A DNA stretch of 64,000 nucleotides from Ramazzottius varieornatus (taxonomy: Eukaryota > Animalia > Tardigrada). Within the stretch, counting starts at the first letter, position 1. The number at the start of each line of letters is the position of its first letter. Below the pieces are notes generated by a model. The model did not search any database. It worked only from the letters and a program-made list of their open reading frames with translations, and had not been told where the DNA came from. The DNA lies in assembly GCA_001949185.1 (NCBI GenBank), contig BDGG01000007.1:2128730-2192729 (forward strand), read 5' to 3'. The position numbers were made by a program, and so were the translations under genes. This document shows, in pieces, positions 52,356-64,000 of this stretch.

Positions 52356-53804
52356 TCATTCCCCTAGAAGATCTTTCTGTTTCGCCGCAAGAAGAGCTTC
52401 CAAGTCTTTCCCATATTTATCCGAGAGTTGCATGAGCTGCGAGAGACACGGCGAATGATCGTAAGACTCTCAGCAATACATGAGAGTACGGCAAACAAAC
52501 TCGATCAGATCGTTTGCCACAGTGGCGCACGCTTCGGGCCAATTTCACCGAAAATGTGCGCCACTCGGGAAAACAATAACCGCCGAGTTTGCTGATGTGG
52601 CGCACACTTCCAGCCATGATCACTGAGAACGTGCGCCACTTAGGAAAGCGATCTGGTCGAGTTTGCTTTTCCAAACTCCCGCATTACTTATTGAAAACAT
52701 TACCTTTGTGACTACGTTGTGGATCAAGTCCTCGGAAGCGGAAACGCTATTCTTAGCTTCTTTGACATAACCATTCTGAACTGCCCGTATCCGTTCCTTG
52801 AATTTGTTCAACGCGGTTTTGGCGTTCTTGGATACGGTCTCCCGGTGTTCCCTTGAAACCCTACAAAGCAATTCCATGATTCAACCCCTTTTTCCATAAA
52901 ACTATCAATGTGCTTATGATACGTACTTTGGGACAGGTAGATATATCACATGACCTTCAATCTGTGGGTTCAGGTTTAACCCGGAAGAGTTCAAGGCGGC
53001 AACGACGGGCTGGACATAGGTCGGGGTCGAAGCCAGGTTGATCATGATGAGTTGAGGAGTCTTGAAAGTAATTTGGGCAATGTTGTTCAAGGGAAGCTTT
53101 TTTCCATCCAGCTCGACCGATATCGTGTCGAAAGACGCTGAAAGAAGGGAAGGAACAGTTGAAACAAGCGAAACGATCCGGAAAAGGTACAAACGGGCAA
53201 TCGAGCTTCACCATGACGGTCAATCAACCCATACAGCAAATACATCACGCAGTCTTGCGGCTTGACACAGGCAAAGCAAAGCAATAGCGCGTATTTGCCT
53301 GATTGATGGCAAGGAACAATCACCACAGTACTGTTTCCCTCTTCATTCGCTCACCAGCTTACCAGCGCTTGTTCGCAAGGAAAACTGTTTCTGTAGCGTA
53401 TCTCGGAATTCTTCTACGAGGTTTCCCATGGCTTTCTCGTATTCTGGAAAATTTACGACGCTCTCAGCTTCTTCTGGAGTCAGCTCGACCACCTTAGCGC
53501 CCTTCTTCTCCTTTTTCCTGTCCTTGGATGCGTAGCGCACAGGTACGATCGGTTGTATCGAACAGCACACTTCCCTCGGCCTCAGTAACGTTCCGTCACA
53601 CAGTTTAGAGGAGTAGAGGGCTCCGGACGCAGGCTAGGGGCAGAAGGCCAGTTGGTACAGAGGTGTAGGAGAAGCAAAGACTGAACTTACCTCACCGGAA
53701 GTCAGCTGTGTGGAACGACAGATGCTCCTGCTGGTAATGAACGGCTGGCTTCGTCGCGCGAACCAGTTCCGTAGCTGCAGTGTGAATCCCTTGATAGGCT
53801 TCAT
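52356..53804 (-). CDS. MRRF: Mitochondrial ribosome recycling factor
   Basis: Arg-rich presequence MKPIKGFTLQLRNWFARRS..., then SLRTSA|ASFDTISVELDGKKLPLNNIAQI...SGLNLNPQIEG...PVPK|VSREHRE...SEDLI...|LMQLSDKY...KQKDLLGE*. Five exons. Confidence 0.93.
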
Positions 53805-54399
53805 CTTGTTCCTTTGAATCCGACTGCTGTGTACCGAGATAAGCTGCTGAAGATCTGGAGCAAAGGAAATTTCAGACTGTTAGAATGTGATGTCATGGAG
53901 CGAGACCGAATGTCAATGACGATGACATGACGATATGACGGCATGTCGGTCATGTCCTGTATACGCTATCTGTGTCTGTTCGAGTTTGGCCGCAGAAGAG
54001 CTGCTGGGATTCGTACCCAGGACCTCCGTTTTTTGTGCTCCTTTGCAAGACCTGATCCTGATTTTGCTAAGGTTCAAGTGTTTGGAGAGTGTTTGGCGAC
54101 GATGCTGACTTTGAAATTTAGGTAAGACAATGTGACGCATTCAACGACCTGTTCTCAGGACATGTGACGAACGGAGGCTGCAGCCTTGCTTCACCAGAAA
54201 AGCGTCTCCTCGATAGACTGCTTGCCACACCAAAAAGTCAGGCACGAAACCCGACGTCGTCAACTTTACGCCGTTAACCACTGAACAGCAAGTTCCCAAA
54301 TCTCCAATATAAGTCGGACGTCGGGCAACTTAAATAAGCACTATATTATACATCAGTTTGACGGCGATATAATTATTCTCTCCTTGACTCCTTGTGAAA

Positions 54400-55068
54400 A
54401 TGTGTCGACAAGTAATTGTCCTCTTTCTGGCCTTGAGCAGTTCGCACTGCCTCCTCACGACCTCTCACAGACCTCCTAAAGCCGGAACGATGCAGGAAGC
54501 CGACTGCATCGCTGACATTTCGGGTTTCACCTGTGCTGATGGGATCAACTGCGTTGCTCGTCACTTCAAGTGTGACGGGTTCGCCGACTGCGCCGACGGC
54601 AGTGACGAGAGCAGCTGTTTCCAGCTCTTCCAATGCCGCAACCTGCGCTTTATCCTCCCCTCATATCGATGCGATGGTGAAGACGATTGCGAAGATGGCT
54701 CGGATGAAAGCTTCTGCGCCGGTATCGGCAAACCCTTGCCCGTCCCAGCGGTGGTCTGTGCCAAGGATCAGTTCAACTGCAACGGTGAGCAGTGCATCCC
54801 CAACCATCAGCGGTGTAACATGGAGAGGAACTGCCGTAATGGCCACGATGAGAAAAACTGTCCCTGTAACGGGCCGGACAAGTTCCAGTGCAAGAACGGT
54901 CGCTGCATCGAAGGCTGGCGCAAATGCGATCGCTCCAACGACTGCGGCGATCGATCGGATGAAATGGGCTGTGCCACTTATGCTTGCAAGGTTAACGAGC
55001 ACAAGTGCCGCGATGGGACTTGTGCGCTTTGGAACGTGGCCTGCAAGGACGGTAGTGGCCGTCGTTGA
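54400..55068 (+). CDS. Secreted, intronless LDL-receptor class A repeat protein (4 complete repeats plus an incomplete 5th)
   Basis: Signal peptide MCRQVIVLFLALSSSHC. Repeats contain CDGFADCADGSDE, CDGEDDCEDGSDE, CNMERNCRNGHDE and CDRSNDCGDRSDE. No TM segment. Confidence 0.88.
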   Translation: MCRQVIVLFLALSSSHCLLTTSHRPPKAGTMQEADCIADISGFTCADGINCVARHFKCDGFADCADGSDESSCFQLFQCRNLRFILPSYRCDGEDDCEDGSDESFCAGIGKPLPVPAVVCAKDQFNCNGEQCIPNHQRCNMERNCRNGHDEKNCPCNGPDKFQCKNGRCIEGWRKCDRSNDCGDRSDEMGCATYACKVNEHKCRDGTCALWNVACKDGSGRR

Positions 55069-55815
55069 GGACTTTTTGTCAGGCTCCAACTGCATCTGAA
55101 GAGGCTGCAAATTATACTAGTTCATTAGGCATAACTGTGGCAGTCAACTGGCTGATTTCTTTACTGAGTTCGCAGGTCCGCCGCGCGCCCTTCGACGCCT
55201 GGGGGGTACCGCGACCAAAGAAGAAAAGCGCCGTCACCAGCATATCTTCAAATTTTACCTAGAAGTTTGCATAATTCCTTCCTTGTTTATAACAACAAGC
55301 AACATCAATAAAGTCAATCGTCGTGACAAAGTAGTCTCGCACATATCGGCAAGATTGAATGTACCGGTAGGAAGTCTGGAATAACTTGACAAACAGCACT
55401 GCGGAAGACCAAATTTGGCAGGCCGATACAGATGCGCTACTTGTGTGACTCTCACCGGCGTGATGTTATAGTATACACTCCTCACCTACTGTTACTTTAC
55501 TGCACTATAGTACAATGCAGTATACATAACTTCGTTATGTGAATATAGTCCATAGTCAGTCGATCGTACTGTAATGGGACTTCATTATGACATAAGCCAT
55601 TCTATCTACAGACTATAGGCAGGTTTCGACGTTAATTTTACCTCCCCGAACTTTGGTGTGAAATTATAAGTAAGCATATCTGATGTAGTTTTTACGACAT
55701 TTTTGGCTGAGTAGCGTGACATTAGCATCGACGGCGTGTTCAGCCTTGGATTACACCGTCGTTCTTGGCGTTGTAAAACATCGTTAAATGCAATCTTGGA
55801 GATAGCGCTGGGTTT

Positions 55816-58537
55816 ATGGCTCCCCTTGCCTACATGGACGACGATGAAGATGAAGGTGGACCGCATGATGACTCGGGCCAGAATGTGCTCTTCACTGCGC
55901 CACTGCTGGAAGGACAGAAGCCCACCGTCGTTATTATTACCCAGCCCCGGCCAGGCAAGGCAATCATGCCGGAGGAGGAATCAACCGAACATGTCTTCCA
56001 GCACCAGCAGCAGGAGGAGGAGGAGAGAAAAAACCGACCGGAAGTGAGCGAAATCCTCGTCGGCAGCTCTGGTAAGAAACGCGTCTGCATCGTAGGTTTC
56101 ACGCAAGAGATGAAACGTGATTTCTGGGTTTTTTCGCAGATCTCGGCGATGTCGCGGTAGTGTCGGAAGATGGCCTGGCGACGACATCCAAAGAGGAGGA
56201 TATTCTCCAATCTGATCTTGAGTTGCCCACTGTCATGAAGCAGGTCTCCGTCAATGGGTCCATGCTCACTCCTCCAGGTAATACGGTATACACGCACGAC
56301 GAGATATTACGGGCCAGGCGGAAAAGACGGCAAATTTACAATTTATATGGAAGTCAGAAACAGAAATCGCTTAAATGACGTTGCGTAGTAAAATCCAACC
56401 GTAGAAAATTGTCATGGACAGTGTCCATCAGCTGATCGGCTGTTTTACTCTTACGCTTCTATGCTGCTGTCGACTTTCTCCCGGAGGCCGGAGAAGCCTT
56501 GGAATAGTTTGAACTGTTGAAGGTATAATGAAGATCTGACTGCTATAACATTAATATGACAAGCTTTAGCTCCTCGGCCCAATATCCAGTACGCACGTAC
56601 AGCAGTACAGCCTTCGATGTGGTTTTTACTTGAAGCAATCACCTACCCGTGCCGCCGTAGCGAAAAGGCCTGGTCTGTAATGTTTACTGGCCCTTAATAT
56701 CTCGTCTGGCGTGTACATATTATACTTGTATTACGACTTTACATTATTTAGAATTTTCCATGATGAAACGTATACAAAGCTTGCATAATCTACAGTATAC
56801 AATGTACACAATTTCAAATATTCAAATGAAGATGCATTTCGTTTGCAGAGTTGACGAAACAGATGTTCAGAGTTTCCGTTAGCGCTGGGAAGAAGAGTGG
56901 TCTGCAAAGATTATCGCCTATGAAAAAGCACACGTTGGGGATAGGTTTCATCGTCATCCATTGTCTGACCGTAGTCTTCACTGGACAACTATCAAAAGCC
57001 ACATACTCCAAAGATTTCTCTGCACCCTTCTTCCTAGTGTACTTCAGGTAGGTAGAGGCCCCTCTGTGCCCACATGCAGGGAAGACAAGTGTTTCCGCCC
57101 CATCCAGTGATTTCGTCTTCCCTTGCAGAACCGCCTGGAGAGCTTTGATTTTCCCAGCCTTCATGGTCGTCAAATATATCTACCGTCGGATGCGCGCCAA
57201 AGACGACAAGCCCGTGTCTTTCGTGAAGACTTTCACGTAAGCCAACCATGTAAGGTCCACATGCCGGTCACGCTTATTGACCCTGTGCACGATCATGCTG
57301 GACACTGGCAATTTTCTACCATTAAATTTGCAAGGAGGCTTTTACTTGGTAGTGACTCTGTCGGTGTTTTTGGCCCCCAAGGCCTGACTATCCGCTCCTT
57401 CTTCTACCCCTGTGGATTCCTGTCCGGACTATGGCTGATCCTTCAGTTTATGCACTTATTCGCCGTCAAGTTCCTCAACAACTCCATTGTACAAGCCCTC
57501 TTTTGCGCGGAAACGGCCTTTTGCTACACCTTGTCCGTCATCTTTCTCAAAGCTCCAGTCTACGCTCTGAAGGTCGGTCAAACTGTACAAAAGCCACTAA
57601 GTCCCGTATGTTCTCTTTTCACCTTGGACTGTTTGTGCGTTCAGGTGTTGGCCGTCACGGTTGCTCTTGGTGGAGTGGGACTGATGGCCTACTCACAATC
57701 GCAAGGCAATAATTTACGATGGGAAGGAGTGCTCATTTGTATGATTGGTGCTGTGCTGGGATCAGTATACATGGTACGACATTTTCCAGAAGAAAATGAT
57801 CAGACTGTAGGTTGGAAGATCCGACATTGGAAGTAGCGATGTTTGTCCGGTGGTAGGTGGTGCTGAAGAAGATGCTGGGTAAGTCGGAAGATGTGGGACA
57901 AGCCCTACTCCTGGCGACAGGGATGGCCGTCTTCGTAACGTTGTTCCTGTGGCCCGTCGTTTTGATCCTGTACTACACCGGTGTGGAATACTGGAATGCC
58001 GACACATTCCCTTGGGCAATCATCTGTGCTAGTTCGGCCCTTTCCTTCTGTAAGTACAGACTACTACACCGCATTATTTTACCCCCAGCCTAAATTAATA
58101 AGCCCGACGACGTCAGTGGGACGTTGGAATGAATTTCATAGGTGCACAATAGCGACGTTGTTTTGTTTGTATTGCTGCAGTTTCCGTGTCAATATTCAAT
58201 CTGTGCTTGACACTGACGAGCCCGCTGCTGATGACGCTGAGCAAATTACTGGGCATCCCCGTCAACTACGGTAAGTTGTCAGAGTGGCTGGGTAGACATG
58301 CAGTGTGGGGTAGTCTTGACAAGATTTATTTTGTCAGTGATTGACTGGATGATTTGGGAGCATCAGTTTGATGGCTACCAAGTTTCTGGAGTCATTTTGA
58401 TCTGTTACGGCTTTGTTTTCATCGCCCTGCCTGAACGCTGGATAACCTTGAAGAAGTGGGCGAAATGCTTCAGAAAAGCACGTAGTCCCTCGACTAGCGA
58501 AGTTCCTCCCTCCAAGTCAACAGCAGGTCCTGTGTGA
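55816..58537 (+). CDS. SLC35F3/F4-like (EamA/DMT fold) transporter
   Basis: Nine exons (approx. 55816-56070, 56140-56277, 56849-57047, 57129-57236, 57353-57572, 57645-57773, 57857-58049, 58181-58270, 58338-58537). Motifs FSAPFFLVYFRTAW, ALFCAETAFCYTLS, LFLWPVVLIL..TGVEYW, TSPLLM..LLGIPVN. Acidic disordered N-terminus. Confidence 0.88.
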
Positions 58538-59168
58538 CGTCCTCTCGATCTTTACCACCTGTACACTATCCAGTGCGCAGCCTTTAATAGCTCTGGTCAC
58601 TTCTCTCAGCTATCTGTGACACACAGCTTCACCTAAAAGATGTTTTATCTCACTTTACCGATTATCTTACCCAGTCATTACCTGCCACGAAGTCATCAGC
58701 TGAAATATTCAGATTACTTTCTATACGGACATTTTAGTGCCTGTTCATGATAACAGACCGGCGGTGAATAGCGCGGTAGGCTGACGAAAGTGCTGTGACG
58801 TAGTTTTCACCAAACGTAGACTTTTTATGATTTGAAAGACTGTGATTAAAAAAGGACAGTGCTGGACCATTGAGTGAAAGGCCGACTAGGAGCGCCAGGT
58901 CTTCTCTATGGAAAGAGCCTCAGGCTTTCCTGGTTCTCATTGCCAAGTTGCCTACCGCCATGGAACGTGGCTGATAACGTTGAAGAATATGAACGAAGCA
59001 GAATGCGACATTGAAGGCCCATATGCTGATTGAATGTCGTCTGGCTAAGACAACGTCTATCAAACTTTTGGCTGTAGCGCGACTGTACCATCATGCACCA
59101 GCAAAACTCCAAAGCCATGTCTTCTGCCGTGGACTGCCATTTCCCTTCATACACCAAGATGATGTTCC

Positions 59169-60107
59169 ATGCCGACCACAGCAGCAGCAAAAGGAGGAGA
59201 GCGTCCCTGCCAAAGTATGGACGACGCTCATCAGCAACATGGCCTACCTGCCTGGTCTCCTCACTTTGGACTATTCGCTCAAGGCCGCAGGAAGCAAATA
59301 TCCCCTTGTAGCTCTGACCACCGACACCTTCCCGGCCGAAGGTCACGCTGCGCTGAAAGCCCGTGGCATTCCCTGGAAGCGCATACCCTACCTGCTACCC
59401 TCCATCCCTAAAGAGTACACTGACGACCCCAGACTCCACGACTGCAGGAGTAAACTGACGCCTGTCGGTCTGACCGAGTACCAGCGAGTCATCCAGCTCG
59501 ACAGCGACATGCTGGTCCTTCGCAACATGGACGAGCTTATGGAAACGGAGCTGGACGGTTTGGAAGTGCAAGGCCGCGGTCAGCGAGTCTTCACTGCCAG
59601 TCACGCTTGTGTCTGCAACCCGCTGAGGAAGACTCATTACTCCAAGGAATGGATAGCCGACAACTGTGCTTTCACCACGCAGCACCATGATCCGCAGGCC
59701 GCCCAGCACAGTGGCGCGGGACCGAAGGCAGGTCTGGGCATGCCCAACGGCGGTCTTCAGGTTGTGGTGCCTTGTCAAGCCGTCTACTGGACACCTCGAA
59801 GAGCGACTTGACCGTGGAGATGGACTGTGCTGATCAGTCTTTGTTGAGCCAGTGTTTCGCAGGTAGATGGGTCGATCTGCCCTACATTTACAACGCCCTA
59901 AAGACGCTCAGGTGGGAAGGTGTCCATGATGTTATTTGGAAGGATGACCAGGTCAAGAATGTTCATCTCTTGCTCAGTCTCAAACCCTGGGAGGAGGAGG
60001 AGGAGGGACACAGAGGCATCAGTGATGAAACGCACAAATGGTGGTGGGAACATAATGATAGAAGAACTGCGGAGGAGAAGATTATGGGCGTAGATGACGG
60101 TTTCTAA
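59169..60107 (+). pseudogene. Fungal-type glycosyltransferase family 8 gene, intronless and frameshifted (candidate HGT relic)
   Basis: KVWTTLISNMAYLPGLLTLDYSL..GSKYPLVAL, QLDSDMLVLRNMDELM (DxD), ASHACVCNP, PNGGLQVV, ADQSLL, LPYIYNALKTLR..VHDVIW. Frameshift near 59790 and probably near 59208. Confidence 0.85.
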
Positions 60108-61029
60108 GGAGAACTGACTTTTCTGTTCGCGGCTGGGCATATCTCGCGCCAGTACACGTGTCGAACCTGTTCTGCAGTTTCGTACACTTTCTGAGCATGC
60201 TTGCCGCAGGAATAACGAGAAATAGACCGCATGGCTTTAATGTTGTCAGCCTCTAAGAGACAGTAGGTCATCATCAAACGTAAACCTCGGGTACAGAATA
60301 CCCTATTCGTAAAAGGCGACGCCATTCCGTCGGATGATAAAACTTACCAAACATGTATACGTTACTGCTTACCTGCTGCAAGAGCAGAAGCTTGCAATGG
60401 TTGCCAGCGCGCGTCCTAACCGAGTTACACGCAAACAGCTTGTTTGGCGTCGCAGGCCTCACAAGGCAACAAACCCCGAATGTTAGGGCTAAAATGGAAC
60501 TATATGTTTCGTCAATCTGAAACCTTCCAACGTAGTTTTAGATCAGTTCTGTTGTCGGTCATGTCATTTGTGGTCAGATCTGGTGGTCATGCAGACGTAG
60601 GCCCGTGTCTAGGAAGTCGGCTGTTGTAATGGTCGCAGTGAACGCCATTCAATTCGAAATTTCTCCAAGCTTGAAAAGTGGTATTCCGCCGGATCTTCTG
60701 CTTGAAGAAAGTTATGCAAGGGTCTGATCTATCATGAAAAAAGAGCAAAATGCAAAGGTTTCGGGTGAGCTTAGAAAGCGTTCCCTTATTGTTTGCCCGG
60801 TTCTTCCTCTAGCTCGATTGCGCTGTTCGCGTGTAACTCGGTTACGATGCGAACTCTAATGATAAAATAATAAATGCAGTGTCCGGATCCCTGCCAACAT
60901 TCACCTGTTCTGGACGTTGACAAAGGCACTGCTACTAACGTTGAGCAAGCTATTAGGCGGTTGCGTAAATTACTGTAAGTTCCGCTGTTCCACAGCATGA
61001 CTTCTAGGAGAAAGTTTCACCACTTTGGT

Positions 61030-61160
61030 GTGCTTCAACTGGCTACGGTGCCATCATCAGCTCGACGGTTACCAGGTTGCCGCAGTAATCTTGATGGGTA
61101 CAGGGGGTCCGTCTTTATCGCCTTGGCCGAACGATGGATAACTCTGAAGAACTGGACCAA
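61030..61160 (+). pseudogene. Degenerate duplicate of the SLC35F terminal exon
   Basis: NWLRCHHQLDGYQVAAVILM/GSVFIALAERWITLKNW versus DWMIWEHQFDGYQVSGVILICYGFVFIALPERWITLKKW; frameshifted. Confidence 0.8.
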
Positions 61161-62585
61161 CTTGCCTGCGGAGGGTTCGTCAATGTAGTGAATCTCTGCG
61201 TGTGGCTGATGCGGCTCTTCAGCTTTTAAGTGCTGCATAATGCCTCGCAATTTACGATGCCTCTTCTACTTCTCTTTTACTCAGCTGTCGTAGGAAGCCA
61301 GCTGATCAGAAGTTTTGCGTGCTGTTCACCTCTTTATTCAGGACAACAAGAGGCTTTCGGTTGTGAAGACAAGTGACTGTATCAAGCTAACGGCGCACTG
61401 AAGGAAAGATCTCACGGTGCTATACATAACGATATTGTGAAACCTTCAGCTAGATCATAAATCTTAATAAAACCATTTGTCTTGTCGTTGTACTACTTGC
61501 ATATATACCATCTTCAACAACAAGTGTCAACAAATTCGCCGCCGCCGCCGCGAGTACAAGAGATTTCAGAAGCACTGTTTTCAAACAGAGCTCCTTCGCG
61601 CGCACTCTGTCATCTGGAAAATAAAAGATGTAGCGGTCCGTTGCGCTACGAAGGCTACAGCAAAGTATTGGGCGGAGAAGTCGGAGCAGACTGTAACGTT
61701 GAGCAGTGGGCGAAATGCCGAGTGAATACTTGGGGACTAAGAGAACTGACCGATCGAGCAGAAGTGTGAAGTAGGCTATTTTGAGCATAGATCTGACATT
61801 GACGGCCAGCTTTGCCGTCGCTGGCTATAATAAGCTGTAAACCTTTGATCAAGAAAGAGAGCCCGAAGAAGGTCTCCGATGTACCTAAAGGTGTTCGGAT
61901 TCACTCTGCCTACTCGCAATGATCGCTCGCTCATTACGTCAAACAGTGCCGAAGATCTCCTTTTGCGGCTGCAATTTGAGATGCGTTTGGGTTACTGCAC
62001 ATCACATCATCACAAGCATCTCTAAATCATTGTGAAGGTCGACAGCAAAACGGTGTAGATCCGTGCTGCGAAACAGACAGATAATCTCATTACCGGCTCT
62101 TCGCATCCAAAGTTATGGTGACTGCTCAGCGAATATTGGGCGGCATTACTTTATGTCTATCTTTATGTAAAGTGGCTTGGTGGGCAGTCTGTATCGCTGC
62201 CTCTCTTCTCGCTTTCCTTTTCAATAAACAAAAGTATTGGCGGTGTCAAAAGTGGTACCATCATTGAAATAATAGTATATTGGCCTAGTCTTTTGGTTCT
62301 TTGCCTTTTGACTGTGATGGCCATCAGTATCGGCTCAAGTGAGTGCTCCACTTTTCATTTCTTCTTTTGTCGAAGCTTGGCGACGTTCATCAGCGCGCTG
62401 TTTGCTGCAAAGTACAAGACCTCAACCAAGCTTTCTCACGTTCCGCGCCTGACGTTGGCCACCGAATAAACGCGGCCAGTAATTATCCGTCTCGGACAGT
62501 GTGTGTGTGAGCCTCACTGAGCGAGGCACGACAGGGTGTTTGATATCGAGCCGTCTGCCACCTCGCTAGCCACAGCACTTCAACC

Positions 62586-64000
62586 ATGGGAATATCATCT
62601 GGACTGCTACCCACCGCCATTCTCGCCACTGCTATTATGTTATCCACCTGCGAAGCACGAGGTACGCGCAGACCAATGCCATCTTTTTCATCAGAACATA
62701 ACATGGCTTAGAAGCGGGAACCAGCCCGCTTCCACCTGCGCGGTATCGCATTCAGTAAATTGCATGCCAGATGACTTGCGATTGCTTTCGTAAATCTTTC
62801 TCTAGCTCTATGGGATGTTTGAAATAGATGTCGGCTAGTCGTCCCACTGGAGATTTGACCGTCGTTGTGGTTGCAGGTGCGTGGTCGCCGTTGAGGTTTT
62901 ACGGAGTTTACAATGCGCCACTCAGTCCTTCACTGACAGCCGGGATAGAGCTAGAGCGTAGTATCGAGCCCAGTACGCCTCAAAATCGAGCCAGACCATT
63001 CCCTTTCATTGCGCCGGCCGAGATGGAGACTCTCAACCCAGAGGAACCCGCAACATTTAGCTCCATTGCGGACCTGGAAGACGGGCTTCGCGCTTCTCTC
63101 CGCCTAAATGTTAACCGACAGGCTATTCAACGGACAGGCGTTACATGCGGAGTACCCGGCTCGGGCAAGGTTGACCCTTTTGAACTGGGTCCCAAATTCT
63201 TTCTACCTCCGCAAACGTCGCGGTCAATTAGAAGGAGAAAACTTTTGCTGAAAAAGCAGAGGATGCAAGACATGAACATGACCACGCGAGCCATTGGAGG
63301 TCGATCGTTGGAGGACCAACGCTTTATGACACCAGTGGCGTCATCTCTCAGATCCGCAGTTTCTCCACTGTGGTTGTCGAGGCCGAGACGTGGGGCTAAT
63401 CTACAGAAGGGCGAACTGGCCAAGCAAAACGAATTGTGTTGGCAGGTAAATTTCTCTTGGACTATCCTTTGCAAACAAGCCTCGCATTTCTCGTACTATT
63501 GCCATCTTTTTCCAAACTTTCTTTTTGTAGTGAGTTTTCTTGATACTTGGTAATAGCGTTGTGACTGATCTACTGACGTTTTGGATTACAAAACGCCAGT
63601 AGGATGCTTTACACAGATGTACGTTGTGTACTTCAACAGACGTACTAAAGCTCATCTGCATTGTTTAATTGGAAAATTTCACTCTGCAGCGGTTCCTTTT
63701 TGTAGGTCAAGATTGTCGTCGACCTCGGGAACGGCACATTAAAAGTCTGCGGAGGATCAATTGTTGGTTCGAGAACGATACTGACGGCGGCGCACTGTGT
63801 AATGAACAAGTACGTTTATCATTTTCTTACTTCACCATGACTCAATCATCCATCATTACAAACTGGCTACTCATCAAGCAGCATTCGATATATCTGAACC
63901 AACGAATGTTACCGATTTGTGGCAAATATATTTGAATGCATATGACCGATAGGCGTCCTGCAGACGAAGAAACTATCTTGATAGCTGAACAAACGAACAG
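62586..64000 (+). CDS. Trypsin-family serine protease with long pro-region, 3'-truncated by the window edge
   Basis: Signal exon 62586-62661 (MGISSGLLPTAILATAIMLSTCEAR), 62877-63445 (...TCGVPG...NELCWQ), 63706-63809 (VKIVV...VCGGSIVGSRTILTAAHCV) and 63953-end. Same WQ|VK intron position as the protease at 1-1479. Confidence 0.87.

Noticed and set aside
52520-52650. Repeat-spacer pattern superficially like CRISPR or bacterial REP/BIME
   Set aside because: The motifs are short, alternately inverted and intronic in a eukaryotic gene, and there are no cas genes. Kept only as a dispersed palindromic repeat.

Overview
This is eukaryotic (metazoan) genomic DNA with compact genes and short GT-AG introns. 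The style suggests a tardigrade such as Ramazzottius, but that is inference and not provable here. I assembled the spliced genes by hand: two paralogous trypsin-family serine proteases (one at each window edge), a class A GPCR plus a degenerate intronless GPCR fragment, an ~811-aa HP1-like protein (chromodomain, very long hinge, chromo-shadow-like C-terminus), a polypeptide GalNAc-transferase, a haem-domain-less sulfite oxidase, an ~1,970-aa low-complexity protein, mitochondrial ribosome recycling factor, a secreted LDLa-repeat protein, an SLC35F3/F4-like transporter and a frameshifted fungal-type GT8 glycosyltransferase. Intergenic and intronic space holds many MITEs and transposon relics (MULE, hAT-like, TA-flanked MITEs, CRE-type LINE, Ulp1 protease relic). 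There are two 50-N assembly gaps. The best finding is in the GalNAc-T gene. It has two homologous, phase-matched catalytic-domain exons (26761-26964 and 27121-27321). An intronic element between them (27028-27047) is perfectly complementary both to an upstream intron site (14 bp) and to the donor site of the second exon (15 bp), and the two helices overlap. This looks like a competing RNA-structure switch for mutually exclusive splicing. Two probable horizontally acquired genes also stand out: one intact with an intron, one decaying.
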